Source: Mobula hypostoma
Lineage: Eukaryota
Length of the DNA: 64,000 bases
Reading direction: 5' to 3'
Assembly (NCBI RefSeq): GCF_963921235.1
Contig: NC_086097.1
Coordinates: 111,168,001-111,232,000 of the forward strand
The notes under the pieces: model-generated
The model's input: the letters and a program-made list of their open reading frames with translations, nothing else
Told to the model about the DNA's origin: nothing
The model's database searches: none
Part shown: positions 13,801 through 24,130 of the stretch, one piece after another
Position numbering within the stretch: position 1 is the stretch's first letter
Layout of the letters: the number at the start of each line of letters is the position of its first letter
Translations under genes and position numbers: made by a program

Positions 13801-13845
13801 TTTAATTTGATTCCCACCCCCCAACCATTCTAGTTTAAAGTCACC
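10825..13845 (-). CDS. CR1 ORF2: apurinic-type endonuclease plus reverse transcriptase (open frame ~1006 codons; first AUG at 13221)
   Basis: Uninterrupted frame with NARS, GITETW, VYRPP, MGDFN, LDWVL, SDH (EN) and [42 protein letters not shown] (RT). The frame opens at 13845 and overlaps the ORF1 end in -1. Confidence 0.97.
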   Translation of the reverse strand, partial: GDFKLEWLGGGNQIKEARCEEVSSQQRDGNQCRETEGCKVSVEAKSTKGKSKSGRPTNPGQALKRAKRVVKECLKALCVNARSIRNKVDELKVQIVINDYDIVGITETWLQDDQGWELNVQGYSIFRRDRHEGRGGGVALLVKKEINAIERKDISREDVESIWVELRNTKGQKTLVGVVYRPPNSSSEVGDGIKQEIRNVCNKGTAVIMGDFNLHVDWVNQIGKGAEEEDFLECMRDGFLNQHVEEPTREQAILDWVLSNEEGLISDLVVRGPLGKSDHNMVEFFINMESDVVNSETKVLNLKRGNFEGMSRELAKIDWQMTLKGLTVDMQWQAFKGCMDELQQLFIPVWQKNKSRKVVHPWLTREIRDSINSKEVAYKLARESGSPEDWEKFRVQQRRTKGLIRKGKKDYERKLAENIKTDCKSFYRYVKRKRLIKTNVGPLQTETGELIMGSKDMADQLNNYFGSVFTKEDINNLPEIVRDRGSSEMEELSEIHVSREVVLGKLKGLKADKSPGPDGLHPRVLKEVAQEIVDALVIIFQNSLDSGLVPEDWRVANVTPLFKKGGREKPGNYRPVSLTSVVGKLLESVIKDVITAHLESGERIGQSQHGFVKGKSCLTNLIEFFEDVTSRVDRGEPVDVVYLDFQKAFDKVPHRRLVCKLKAHGIGGKVLVWVENWLADRKQRVGINGTFSEWQAVTSGVPQGSVLGPQLFTIYINDLDEGIKCSISKFADDTKLGGSVSSEEDAKRMQGDLDRLGEWANSWQMQFNVDKCEVIHFGGKNRKTDYYLNGGRLGKGEVQRDLGVIIHQSLKVGMQVQHAVKKANGMLAFIARGFEYRSREVLLQLYKALVRPHLEYCVQFWSPNLRKDIFAIEGVQRRFTRLIPGMAGLSYEERLDELGLYSLEFRRLRGDLIETYKILKGLDRLDAGRLSPMLGRSRTRGHSLRIEGKPFRTEIRKNFFTQRVVNLWNSLPQQTVEASSLAMFKRKLDMALVATGVRGYGGKAGF

Positions 13846-14765
13846 TCAGTAGCCCCCGCTAATCTCCCTGCCAGGATATTGGTCCCCCTAGGATTTAAGT
13901 GTAACCCGTCCTTTTTGTACAGGTCACACCTGCGCCAAAAGAGGTCCCAATGATCCAAAAACTTGAATCCCTGCCCCCTGCTCCAATCCCTCAGCCACGC
14001 ATTTATCCTCCACCTCATCGCATTCCTACTCTCACTGTCGCGTGGCACAGGCAGTAATCCCGAGATTACTACCTTTGCGGTCCTTTTTCTCAACTCCCTT
14101 CCTAGCTCCCTATATTCTTCTTTCAGGACCTCATCCCTTTTCCTACCTATGTCATTGGTACCTATATGTACCAGGACCTCTGGCTCTTCACCCTCCCACT
14201 TCAGGATATCTTGGACACGATCAGAAATATCCCGGACCCTGGCACCAGGGAGGCAAACTACCATCCGAGTCTCTGGACTGCGTCCACAGAATCGCCTATC
14301 TGACCCCCTTACTATCGAGTCCCCTATCACAACTGCCCTCCTCTTCCTTGCCCTACCCTTCTGAGCTACAGGGCCAGACTCTGTGCCGGAGGCAGGGCTA
14401 CTGTCGCTTCCCCCGGGTAAGCTGTCCCCTCCAACAGTACTCAAACAGGAGTACCTGTTGTTAAGGGGCACAGCCGCCGGGGTACTCCCCATCACCTGCC
14501 TTTTCCCCTTCCCCCTCCTAACCGTGACCCACTTGTCTGCCTCCTGTGGCCCCGGCGTGACCACCTGCCTTCCACTCCTCTCTATCACCTCCTCGCTCTC
14601 CCTGACCAGACGAAGTTCATCGAGCTGCAGCTCCAGTTCCGTAACGCAGTCCCTTAGGAGCTGCATCTCGATGCACTTGGCGCAGATGTAGACGTCCGGG
14701 AGGCTTGGAGACTCCAGGGCCTCCCACATCCGACACCGAGAACAGCAAACTGCCCTCACAGTCAT
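13830..14765 (-). CDS. CR1 ORF1: zinc finger, leucine zipper, SGNH/GDSL esterase domain (311 aa)
   Basis: CCSRC..CAKC, LELQLDEL heptads, GDSIVRG, HIGTND and DGLHL motifs. ATG at 14765, TAG at 13830. Confidence 0.95.
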   Translation of the reverse strand: MTVRAVCCSRCRMWEALESPSLPDVYICAKCIEMQLLRDCVTELELQLDELRLVRESEEVIERSGRQVVTPGPQEADKWVTVRRGKGKRQVMGSTPAAVPLNNRYSCLSTVGGDSLPGGSDSSPASGTESGPVAQKGRARKRRAVVIGDSIVRGSDRRFCGRSPETRMVVCLPGARVRDISDRVQDILKWEGEEPEVLVHIGTNDIGRKRDEVLKEEYRELGRELRKRTAKVVISGLLPVPRDSESRNAMRWRINAWLRDWSRGQGFKFLDHWDLFWRRCDLYKKDGLHLNPRGTNILAGRLAGATEVTLN

Positions 14766-14927
14766 AATGCCCCTCTCCTCAAATAGCAACAGAAAATGAA
14801 TGTCAAACCTTCCTCGCCTCGCCCGCTTCCGCCTAAGCCCGGTAAGCCGAAGCCCTTAAGTCTTCACTCTGCTCCCGGCTCACTCCGCCGCCCGCAAACT
14901 ACGCTGCCCGCTCTCTGAGGCTCTGTT

Positions 14928-15248
14928 CCTTTTAAATCTGCCGCGCTGCACTGCCCGACGTCACACGCCTGCGCAGTCCCGCCTCTCAGAAAGCCGTTGG
15001 AGAAAAAAAATAACGAAAATTTCAAAAATCTCTTTCTCGGCACTCCCACTCAGACTCTCAGACTCCTTCTTCGAATCAAATCCGAAGCAGGATGTCTGCC
15101 CTTTTAAATCTGCCGCGCTGCACTGCCCGACGTCACACGCCTGCGCAGTCCCGCCTCTCAGAAAGCCGTTGGAGAAAAAAAATAACGAAAATTTCAAAAA
15201 TCTCTTTCTCGGCACTCCCACTCAGACTCTCAGACTCCTTCTTCGAAT
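14928..15248 (-). promoter_or_regulatory. Two tandem promoter-like monomers (period 172 bp) in the CR1 5' UTR
   Basis: 14928-15076 equals 15100-15248. Minus strand reads gaggcgggac (GC box), tgcgcaggcg (NRF1-like), tgacgtc (CRE-like), then gatttaaaagg (TATA-like). Function is inferred. Confidence 0.6.
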
Positions 15249-15999
15249 TTTGTATATGTCGCTTGGACTTCCATCATCTTATAAAAGATACTGAGGCGTG
15301 GTTAAGAAAACCGGGGTGGGGTGGGGGGCATGCACTGTGCTTAAGCAATTTGGAAGTCCGGTACCTCTTGACATCTAAACAAGTAGAGGATAGCACTGAA
15401 GGGTGGAGATTAGGAGGTTAAAAAAAGAACGAGTAGGATCTGGCAGGCAAACTGAGTCAGCTCCTACAGGTGTACTAAGAGTAAAGGGGATGGCCAAGGA
15501 CAGAATATGTCCCTTTGAAGCGTTGCTGACTGTATTTGGGACCAAAGGAAATTGAAAAGATTTTTATTGAGTATTTCTCTTTAGTTTCTACTGTAGAGAA
15601 AACAATGGGAGTTAACAAAAGGAGAGAAATAAGTATTGTTGTCTTGGACAATATATAAAAATAGCGAGGAGATGTTGGAGGCCTGAAAGTGCATTAAAGT
15701 GGATAAATCCCTCGAGCGTGACCTGGTGCAATCTTGGACCTTGTGGAAAACAAGAGAAGAGATTGTGGAAGCAGTTGCAGAGACTTCTGCTTCATCTCTC
15801 ATCACAGGTGAAGTTCCAGTGCATTGGACAGTGGCTAATGTCATCATTGTTTACTAAGGCCAGAAAAAATAAGGTATAAAACAACAGGCCAGTGAGACTG
15901 ATATCAGTGGTGGGTAAATTGCTGGAGGAGATCCTGAAGGACAGGATCTATCAACATTTGGAGACAGTTCCCTATTCGACACAGCCAGCATGTTTTTTC

Positions 16000-16990
16000 A
16001 TAGAGTCATAGAGAACTGCAGCATAGAAAGAGGCCCTTGGCCCATCTAGTCCCTGCTGACTTGATCTTCTGCCTTGTCTCATCTACTATATCCTTCCCTA
16101 TTCCTCTCATCAGTGTACCTAGCTAAATTTCTCTTATACGTTAAAATTGAACCTGCATCTTCCACTTCCATTGGTAGCTCATTTCACACTTGCTCCACCC
16201 TCTGAGTGAAGAAGTTCTCTCCCAGAATCCCATAAAATATTTCACCTTTCACCCAAAATGTATGACCACAGGTTTTAGTCTCACCCAACCTGGGTAGAGA
16301 AGGCCTGCATGCATTCACCCTAACTCTACCCCTCACGATTTGATATACCTCGATAAGATCGCCCTTCATTCTCCTGCACTCCAAGGAATAATCTATTCAA
16401 CCTTTCCCTATAACTCAGGTACTCAAGACCCAACAAAATCCTTGTAAATTTTCTCTGCACTCTTTCAATTGGTATTTTTCTTGTAGGTAGGTGACCAGAA
16501 CTGCACGCAATTATCTCACTTTGGCCTAACCAACGTCTTGTACAATTTCAACATAACAACCCAACTCCTGTACTCAATGAAGGTCAATGAAGCAAAAGCT
16601 TTTTTTACAACCCTATGTGTTTGCAATGCCACTTTCGAGGAATTATGGATCTGTATTTCCAAGCCCCTTTGTTCTCCCACACACTTCAGAGCCCTGACAT
16701 TCATTGTGTAACTCTTACCTAGTTGTATCCACCCTGAGTGATACATCTCACACTTAAATCCCATCTGCCATTTTTCAGCCTATTTTTCCAGCGGACCAAG
16801 GTCACACTGCAAGCATCGATAGACTTCCTTGCTGTCCACAATGCTTCCATTCTTGGTGCCATCCCCAAATTTGCTGACCACTTTACCACATCATCATACA
16901 AATTATTAATACAGATAAACAAAAACAGACCCAGCACCAATCCCTGTGACACACGTCCATTCAGAGAGACAACCATTTACTACCACTGTG
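16000..16990 (-). mobile_element. Old CR1 3' fragment
   Basis: Broken RT C-terminal frames (SQGLVLGL, VKKAF...EYRSW.VMLKLYKTLVRP, ECRRMKGDLIEVY) and a ctctatgactctatg tail near 16000. Confidence 0.8.
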
Positions 16991-18126
16991 TGTGTTGCTT
17001 GGATTTCCAGGACCTGCAGATCTTCTCGACTTCACTTTTATGCAGAATGGTGAGTGTGTGGAATGGGCTGCTGGCGACTGTGGTGGAGGCGGATACAATA
17101 GGGTCTCTTAAGAGATTCCTGGATAGATATGTGGAGCTTAGAAAAACGGAAGGCTATGGGTAAACCGCGGTAATTTCTAAAGTAAGTACATGGTCGGCAC
17201 AGCATTGTAGGCCGAAGGGCCTGTATTATACTGTCGGTTTTGTATGTTTCTCACATTGATCCAATTGGCTACTTCATCCTGAATACTCAGCGACTTAATC
17301 TACTGGACAAGCCTCCCATGTGGGTTGATGTCAAAGGCGTTGCTAAAGTCCATGCAGACCACGTCTGCCACCATTAACTCTCTTGGTAAATTCCTCTAAA
17401 AACTCTATGATTGGTTCAATGTGACTTCACAAAGCTATATTAATTATGATGATATTAAAGTACAAACGTTTGTAAGTGGTGACGTAGACAGTATGTGATA
17501 AAAACATTCGGGGATCGTGATTAGCTTGGATTGTAGGCTAAGGATTGGCAAAAGTATTTCATATGACAGGTATTACAGTTAGGGAGACCAAAACTTATAC
17601 AGTGAATGGTAGTGCCCTGGGGGTGTATTGGAACAGAGCGACCTCGGAGTCCAGTGCATAGTTTGCTGCAAGTGACATCACAGATGACAGGATGGTGATG
17701 AAGGCATTTGGCACGCTGGCCTTCATCAATTAAGCGTTGAATATAAGAGTTGGGAAGTCATGATGCAGTTATAAGCGATGTTAGTGGAACAGCAATGGAG
17801 TATTGACACAGATTTGATCTAGTTTCCCCAGTAGTTCACCCTCCCGTTCTGGAGTTCACCATTTACACACCCCAGGAGTAAAACAATCGCTAACTTGAAT
17901 AATCAGAACAATCCCTCCAGTTAACGCGCTCTACTGGTTTATAACTCATCACAGACACAGGCATTCCGAACAAATTCATTGATTTTCACTCACACCGTGA
18001 CATCGGTTTGTAAACAACGGGAAGACCCAAGGAAGAGGAATTCTGCAGATGCTGGAAATTCAAGCAACACACATCAAAGTTGCTGGTGAACGCAGCAGGC
18101 CAGGCAGCATCTCTAGGAAGAGGTAC

Positions 18127-18162
18127 AGTCGACGTTTCAGGCCGAGACCCTTCGTCAGGACT
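18127..18162 (-). ncRNA. Minimal type I hammerhead ribozyme in PLE pLTR (intact core)
   Basis: Minus strand reads AGUC-CUGACGA-A-GGG(UCUCGG)CCU-GAAA-CG-UC^GACU: conserved CUGAnGA and GAAA boxes, stem I, stem II and palindromic ACGU stem III. Confidence 0.8.
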
Positions 18163-18520
18163 AACTGAAGGAAGAGCTAGTGAGAGATTTGAAAGTGGGA
18201 GGGGGAGGGGGGAGATCCAAAATGATAGGAGAAGACAGGAGGGGGAGGGATGGAGCCAAGAGCTGGACAGGTGATTGGTAAAAGGGGTATGAGAGGATCA
18301 TGGGACAGGAGGCCCAGGGAGAAGGAAAGGGCAGGGGGGATCCCAGAGGATGGGCAAGGGGTATAGTCAGAGGGACAGAGGGAGAAAAAGGAGAGTGAGA
18401 GAAAGGAAGTGTGTATAAAAATAAATAACGGATGGGGTACGAGGGGGGAGGTGGGGCATTAGAGGAAGTTAGAGAAGTCAATATTCATGCCATCAGGTTA
18501 GAGGCTACCCAGACGGAATA

Positions 18521-20410
18521 GACCATAAGATAAAGGAGCAGAAGTAGGCCATTCGGCCCATCGAGTCTGCTCCGCCATTTTATCATGAGCTGATCCATTC
18601 TCCTATTTAGTCCCACTCCCCCGCCTTCTCACCATAACCTTTCATGCCCTGGCTACTCAGATACCTATCAATCTCTGCCTTAAATACACCCAATGACTTG
18701 GCCTCCACTGCTGCCCGTGGCAACAAATTCCATAGATTCACCACCCTCTGACTAAAAAAATTTCTTTGCATTTCTGTTCTGAATGGGCGCCCTTCAATCC
18801 CTAAGTCATGCCCTCTCGTACTAGACTCCCCCATCATGGGAAACAACTTTGCCACATCCACTCTGTCCATGCCTTTCAACATTCAAAATGTTTCTATGAG
18901 GTCTCCCCTCATTCTTCTAAACTCCAAGGAATATAATCCAAGAGCGGACAAACGTTCCTCATATGTTAACCCTCTCATTCCTGGAATCATTCCAGTGAAT
19001 CTTCTCTGTACCCTCTCCAACGTCAGCACATCCTTTCTTAAATAAGGAGACCAAAACTGCCCACAGTACTCCAAGTGAGGTCTCACCAGCACCTTATGGA
19101 GCCTCAACATCACATCCCTGTTCCTATACTCTATTCCTCTAGAAATGAATGCCAACATTGCATTTGCCTTCTTCACCACTGACTCAACCTGGAGGTTATC
19201 TTTAAGGGGATCCTGTACGAGGACTCCCAAGTCCCATTGCATCTCAGAACTTTGAATTCTTTCCCCATTTAAATAATAGTCTGCCCGTTTATTTTTTCTG
19301 CCAAAGTGCATAACCATACAGTTTCCAACATTGTACTTCATTTGCCACTTCTCTGCCCATTCTTCCAATCTATCCAAGTCTCTCTGCAGACTCTCCGTTT
19401 CCTCAGCACTACCGGCCCCTCCACCTATCTTCGTATTGTCAGCAAACTTAGCCACAAAGCCATCTATTCCATAATCCAAATCATTGCTGTACAATGTAAA
19501 AAGAAGTGGCCCTAACACGGACCCCTGTGGAACACCACTGGTAACCGGCAGCCAACCAGAATAGGATCCCTTTATTCCCACTCTCTGTTTCCTGCCAATC
19601 AGCCAACACTCTATATGTAACTTTCCCGTAATTCCATGGGCTCTTATCTTGTTAAGTAGCCTCATGTGTGGCACCTTGTCAAAGGCCTTCTGAAAATCCA
19701 AATATACAACATCCACTGCATCTCCCTTGTCTAGCCTACTGGTAATTTCCTCAAAAAATTGTAATAGGTTTGTCAGGCAGGATTTTCCTTTAAGGAATCC
19801 ATGCTGAGTTCTGCCTATCTTGTCAAAAACTTCCCAACCACCGATGTTAAGCTAACAGGTCTATAATTTCCTTTTTGCTTCCTTGCCCCCTTCTTAAATA
19901 GTGGAGTGACATTTGCAATCTTCCAGTCTTCCGGAACCATGCCAGAATCTATCAACTTTTGAAAGATCATCGCTAACGCCTCCGCAATCTCCACAGCTAC
20001 TTCCTTCAGAACATAAGGGTGCATTCCATCTGGTCTGGGAGATTTATCGACCTTTAGCCTATTCAGCTTCCTGAGTACTTTCTCTGTCGTAATTGTGACG
20101 GCGCACACTTCTCTTCCCTGCCGCCCTTGAGTGTCCGGTATACTGCTGATGTCTTCCTCAGTAAAGACTGATGCAAAATACTTGTTCAGTTCCTCTGCCA
20201 TCTCCTTATCTCCCATTACAATTTCTCCAGCTTCATTTTCTATCAGTCCTCTATCTACTCTCACCTGTCTTTTACTCTTTATATACTTGAAATTTTGATA
20301 TTATTTGCTAGCTTCCTTTCATAGTTAATCTTTTCTCTCTTAATGACCTTCTTGGTTTCCTTTTGTAAGGTTTTAAAAACTTCCCAATCCTCTGTCTTCC
20401 CACTAATTTT
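18521..20410 (-). mobile_element. 5'-truncated CR1 with internal deletions, inserted in the PLE arm
   Basis: ORFs 19815-20264, 18883-19716 and 18607-18882 are CR1 RT pieces, with a tcttatgg-type tail. Same family as 33256-36648. Confidence 0.95.
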
Positions 20411-22802
20411 AAGGTGTAATAAGGTGTTGTTCCTCCAACCTGAGTGTGGCTTCATCTTTACAGTAGAGGAGGCCGTGGATAGACATGTCAGAATGGGAAT
20501 GGGATGTGGAATTAAAATGTGTGGCTGCTGGGAGATCCTGGTTTCTCTGGCCGACAGAGCATAGGTGTTCAGCAAAATGGTCTCCCAGTCTGAGTCGGGT
20601 CTGGCCAATACATAGAAGGCCACATCGGGAGCACCGGACGCAGTATATCACCCCAGCCGACTCACAGGTGAAGTGTCGCCTCACCTGGAAGGACTGTCTG
20701 GGGCCCTGAATGGTGGTAAGGGAGGAAGTGTAAGGGCATGTGTAGCACTTGTTCCGTTTACAAGGATAAGTGCCAGGAGGGATATCAGTGGGGAGGGATG
20801 GGTGGGGGAACGAATGGACAAGGGAGTCGTGCAGGGAGCGATCCCTGTGCAAAGCGGGGGTGGCGGGGGGAGAGAAAGATGTGCTTAGTGGTGGGATCCT
20901 GTTGGAGGTGGCGGAAGTTATGGAGAATAATATGTTGGACCCGGAGGCTGGTGGGGTGGTAGGTGAGGACCAGGGGAACCCTATTCCTGGTGGGGTGGTG
21001 GGGAGATGGAGTGAGAGCAGATGTGCGTGAAATGGGGGAGATGCGTTTGAGAGCAGAGTTGATGGTGGAGGAAGGGAAGCCCCTTTCTTCAAAACAGGAG
21101 GACATCTCCCTCATCCTGGAATGAAAAGCCTCATCCTGAGAGCAGATTCGGCGGAGGTGGAGGAATTGCGAGAAGGGGATGGCATTTTTGCAAGAGACAG
21201 GGTGAGAAGAGGAATAGTCTCGATAGCTGTGAGAGTCAGTAGGCTTATAGTAGACATTAGTAGATAAGCTGTCTCCAGAGATAGAGACAGAAAGATCTAG
21301 AAAGGGGAGGGAGGTGTCGGAAATGGACCAGGTAAACTTGAGGGCAGGGTGAAAGTTGGAGGCAAAGTTAATAAAGTCATTTGCATTGTTTGCATTGACT
21401 TTTGCATTGCCAAAGTTTGCATTGGTGCTGCTTCCTGCACACATGCTGAGCTCATTTGCATTGGCGCTGCTTCCTGCACGCATGCTGAGCTCGTTGACTT
21501 TATTAACTTTGCCTCTAACTTTCACCCTGCCCTTGAGTTTACCTGGTCCATTTCCGACACCTCCCTCCCCTTTCCAGATCTTTCTGTCTCTATCTCTGGA
21601 GACAGCTTATCCACTGATGTCTACTATAAGCCTACTGACTCTCACAGCTATCTGGACTATTCCTCTTCTCACCCTGTCTCTTGCAAAAACGCCATCCCCT
21701 TCTCGCAATTCCTCCGTCTCCGCCGCATCTGCTCTCAGGATGAGGCTTTTCATTCCAGGACGAGGGAGATGTCTTCCTTTTTTAAAGAAAGGGGCTTCCC
21801 TTCCTCCACTATCAAGTCTGCTCTCAAATGCATCTCCTCCATTTCACGCACATCTGCTCTCACTCCATCCTCCCGCCACCCCACCAGGAATAGGGCTCCC
21901 CTTGTCCTCACCTACCACCCCACCAGCCTCCGGGTCCAACATATTATTCTCCGTAACTTCCACCACCTCCAACGGGATCCCACCACTAAGCACATCTTTC
22001 CCTCCCCCCCCTCTGCTTTCCGCAGGGATCGCTCCCTACACAACTCCCTTGTCCATTCGTCCCCCCATCCCTCCCCACTGATCTCCCTCTTGGCACTTAT
22101 CCGTGTAAGCGGAACAAGTGCTACACATGCCCTTACACTTCCTCCCTTACCACCATTCAGGGCCCCAGACAGTCCGTCCAGGTGAGGCGACACTTCACCT
22201 GTGAGTCGGCTGGTGTGATATACTGCATCCTGTGCTCCCAATGTGGCCTTCTATATATTGGCGAGACCTGACGCAGACTGGGAGATCATTTTGCTGAACA
22301 CGTACGCTCTGTCCACCAGAGAAAGCAGGATCTCCCAGTGGCCACACATTTTAATTCCACATCCCATTCCCATTCTGCTATGTCTATCCACGGCCTCCTC
22401 TAATGTAAAGATGAAGCCACACTCAGGTTGGAGGAACAACATCTTATACTCCGTCTGGGTAGCCTCCAACCTGATGGCATGAACATTGACTTCTCAAACT
22501 TCCGCTAATGCCCTACCTCCCCCTCGTACCCCACCCTTTATTTATTTATATATACACATTCTTTTTCCCTCTCTCCTTTTTCTCCCTCTGTCCCCCTCAC
22601 TATAACCCTTGCCCATCTTCTGGGCTTCCCCACCCCCTTGTCTTTCTCCCTTGGCCTCCTGTCCCATGATCCTCTCATATCCCCTTTCCCATCACCTGTC
22701 CAGCTCTTGGCTCCATCCCTCCCCCTCCTGTCTTCTCCTATCATTTTGGAGATCCCCCTCCCCCTCCCACTTCCAAATCTCTTACTATCTCTTCTTTCAG
22801 TT

Positions 22803-22838
22803 AGTCCTGACGGAGGGTCTCGGCCTGAAACGTCGACT
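22803..22838 (+). ncRNA. Hammerhead ribozyme motif, core mutated (CUGACGG)
   Basis: agtc-ctgacgg-agggtctcggcct-gaaa-cgtc-gact; inverted partner of 18127-18162. Confidence 0.6.
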
Positions 22839-23584
22839 GCACCTCTTCCTAGAGATTCTGCCTGGCCTGCTGCGTTCACCAGCAACTTTGATGTGTGTTG
22901 GAAGACCCAAGGGACAGTTTGGGGTGTCCTACAGGAATGCCTGGATCACTGGGAGCAGGTGCACCACAGCCTACTCAGACAACTCCACTGGTGGGGAGGC
23001 ATTATTCTTTTATGTTCATCTGAGCATGTGGACATGGATCTATGGTGGAGCTGAAGCACTTGTAGTGGATTAAAACTGTAGAATGTTAGAATCCCTGTTT
23101 AAAATATTCCAATTCTGCGCCTGAAATAATTATTCTGGTCTGGTCACGTGATTTACCCCCCCCCCCACAGACCAACAGTAGAATTTCCCGGTCCTTCTTG
23201 GCCCGGTGGAGGCAGATTTAAACCCCCAGTCTGACTTTGCTGGAGATGGAGAGGGGCGGAGGCTGGTCAGGATCTGACGGTCGATGAATAGTTATATTGG
23301 AAAGTTAAAGACAAAGTGTGTCATGGAGAAAGCCAATGTATAATTTGCAAACTTTTGTGTAAACATGTTTGTTTTCATTTGTCTGTTTGTAAATACTTTT
23401 ATTCTTCACAACTTTTGGGCAGTGTTTACATTTTTTTCCACCTGGCACTAAATAAAACCCCTTTGTACTAACGTGTTGGTGCACTTGCCATCTGTGTTTT
23501 TTCAACTGGTGACCCTCGTCGGGCACGCTTACCCGCACCTGATAGCAAGCTGTGATACTATTATAGGATAATATAGGTCAGTTG

Positions 23585-23995
23585 GGTGGCGGGGTGGAAA
23601 TATATCTCTGGCAAATGAGGTGTAAGGTGTGTCTTCCCTCGGCCAGCCTGCAGGACACCTCTGGGAAAGGTGTAGCACCTGCTTAGCCTCCCCATCAGGG
23701 TCACGTTAAACCATGGGAGCAGGTGGTAGATGATCGTGGGAGCAGGTGGTAGATGATCGTATGAGCAGCTGGTGCAGATCACAAGTCCTGGTTATGTGAC
23801 CACTGACACCAGGCAGACAATCTCTGAAGAGTATTGATAATGGCTGGGGTCACTCTAATCTAATCTAATCTTGTAAAGACACTGCCCAGAAGAAGGCAAT
23901 GGCAAACCACTTCTGTAAAAAAAATTTGCCAAGAGTAATCATGGTCGTGGATAGACTATGATCGCCTACAGCATACGACACAAACATAATAATGA
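23585..23995 (+). mobile_element. RTE-related SINE/non-autonomous element
   Basis: Contains gaaggcaatggcaaaccacttc..ttgccaaga..catgg, the motif typical of RTE-derived SINEs (Bov-A/Sauria type). Ends in ataataatga. Confidence 0.55.
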
Positions 23996-24130
23996 CTGAA
24001 GGAAATAATCGAAGCTAGAAAGAGTGCAGAAAGTATTTACCATGATGTTGTTTGGTGGAAATTGGGCTCCTGAGTCACAAGAAGAGGAAATTTAGATTAG
24101 CACTTTATTCCTTGGAACATATGAGATTGA

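Larger units (their letters stand above)
10728..15248 (-). mobile_element. Full-length, apparently intact CR1 LINE
   Basis: 5' UTR with tandem monomers, open ORF1 and ORF2, 3' UTR hairpin (gggccgaatggcc) and (tttctatg)n tail at 10728-10750. Short atttt duplication at both junctions. Confidence 0.97.
4385..15990 (+). mobile_element. Old CR1 LINE acting as host for nested insertions (pieces ~4385-4816, 5517-6070, 7530-7885, 8715-9083, 15283-15990)
   Basis: Collinear decayed ORF1 esterase (VIGD.L, HISTN, GLHL) and ORF2 endonuclease/RT pieces resume after each insertion. PLE TSD aaaagataYtgaggc at 9069-9083 and 15283-15297. Confidence 0.7.
18033..22899. mobile_element. Fold-back Penelope-like (Neptune-type) insertion: minus arm 18033-18520 plus 20411-21379, plus arm ~21416-22899
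   Basis: Both arms encode the PLE RT C-terminus (LPFLDLSV, YYKPTDSHSYLDYSSSHP, IPFSQFLRLRRICS), a Cys linker (CKRNKCYTC) and GIY-YIG (VIYCVRCSRCGLL.IG.T). 13-bp TSD ggaagacccaagg at 18020-18032 and 22900-22912. Confidence 0.93.

Noticed and set aside
13802..13828. AUG immediately after the ORF1 stop as the ORF2 start
   Set aside because: It is in a different frame from ORF2 and ends after 8 codons (ATG GTT GGG GGG TGG GAA TCA AAT TAA).
11207..14691. Plus-strand ORFs (e.g. 12710-13486, 11507-11911, 13963-14364)
   Set aside because: Antisense shadows of CR1 ORF1/ORF2 with no independent motifs.
18033..22899. DNA transposon or Polinton with long TIRs
   Set aside because: The inverted arms are themselves PLE RT/GIY-YIG coding sequence; no transposase or polymerase is present.
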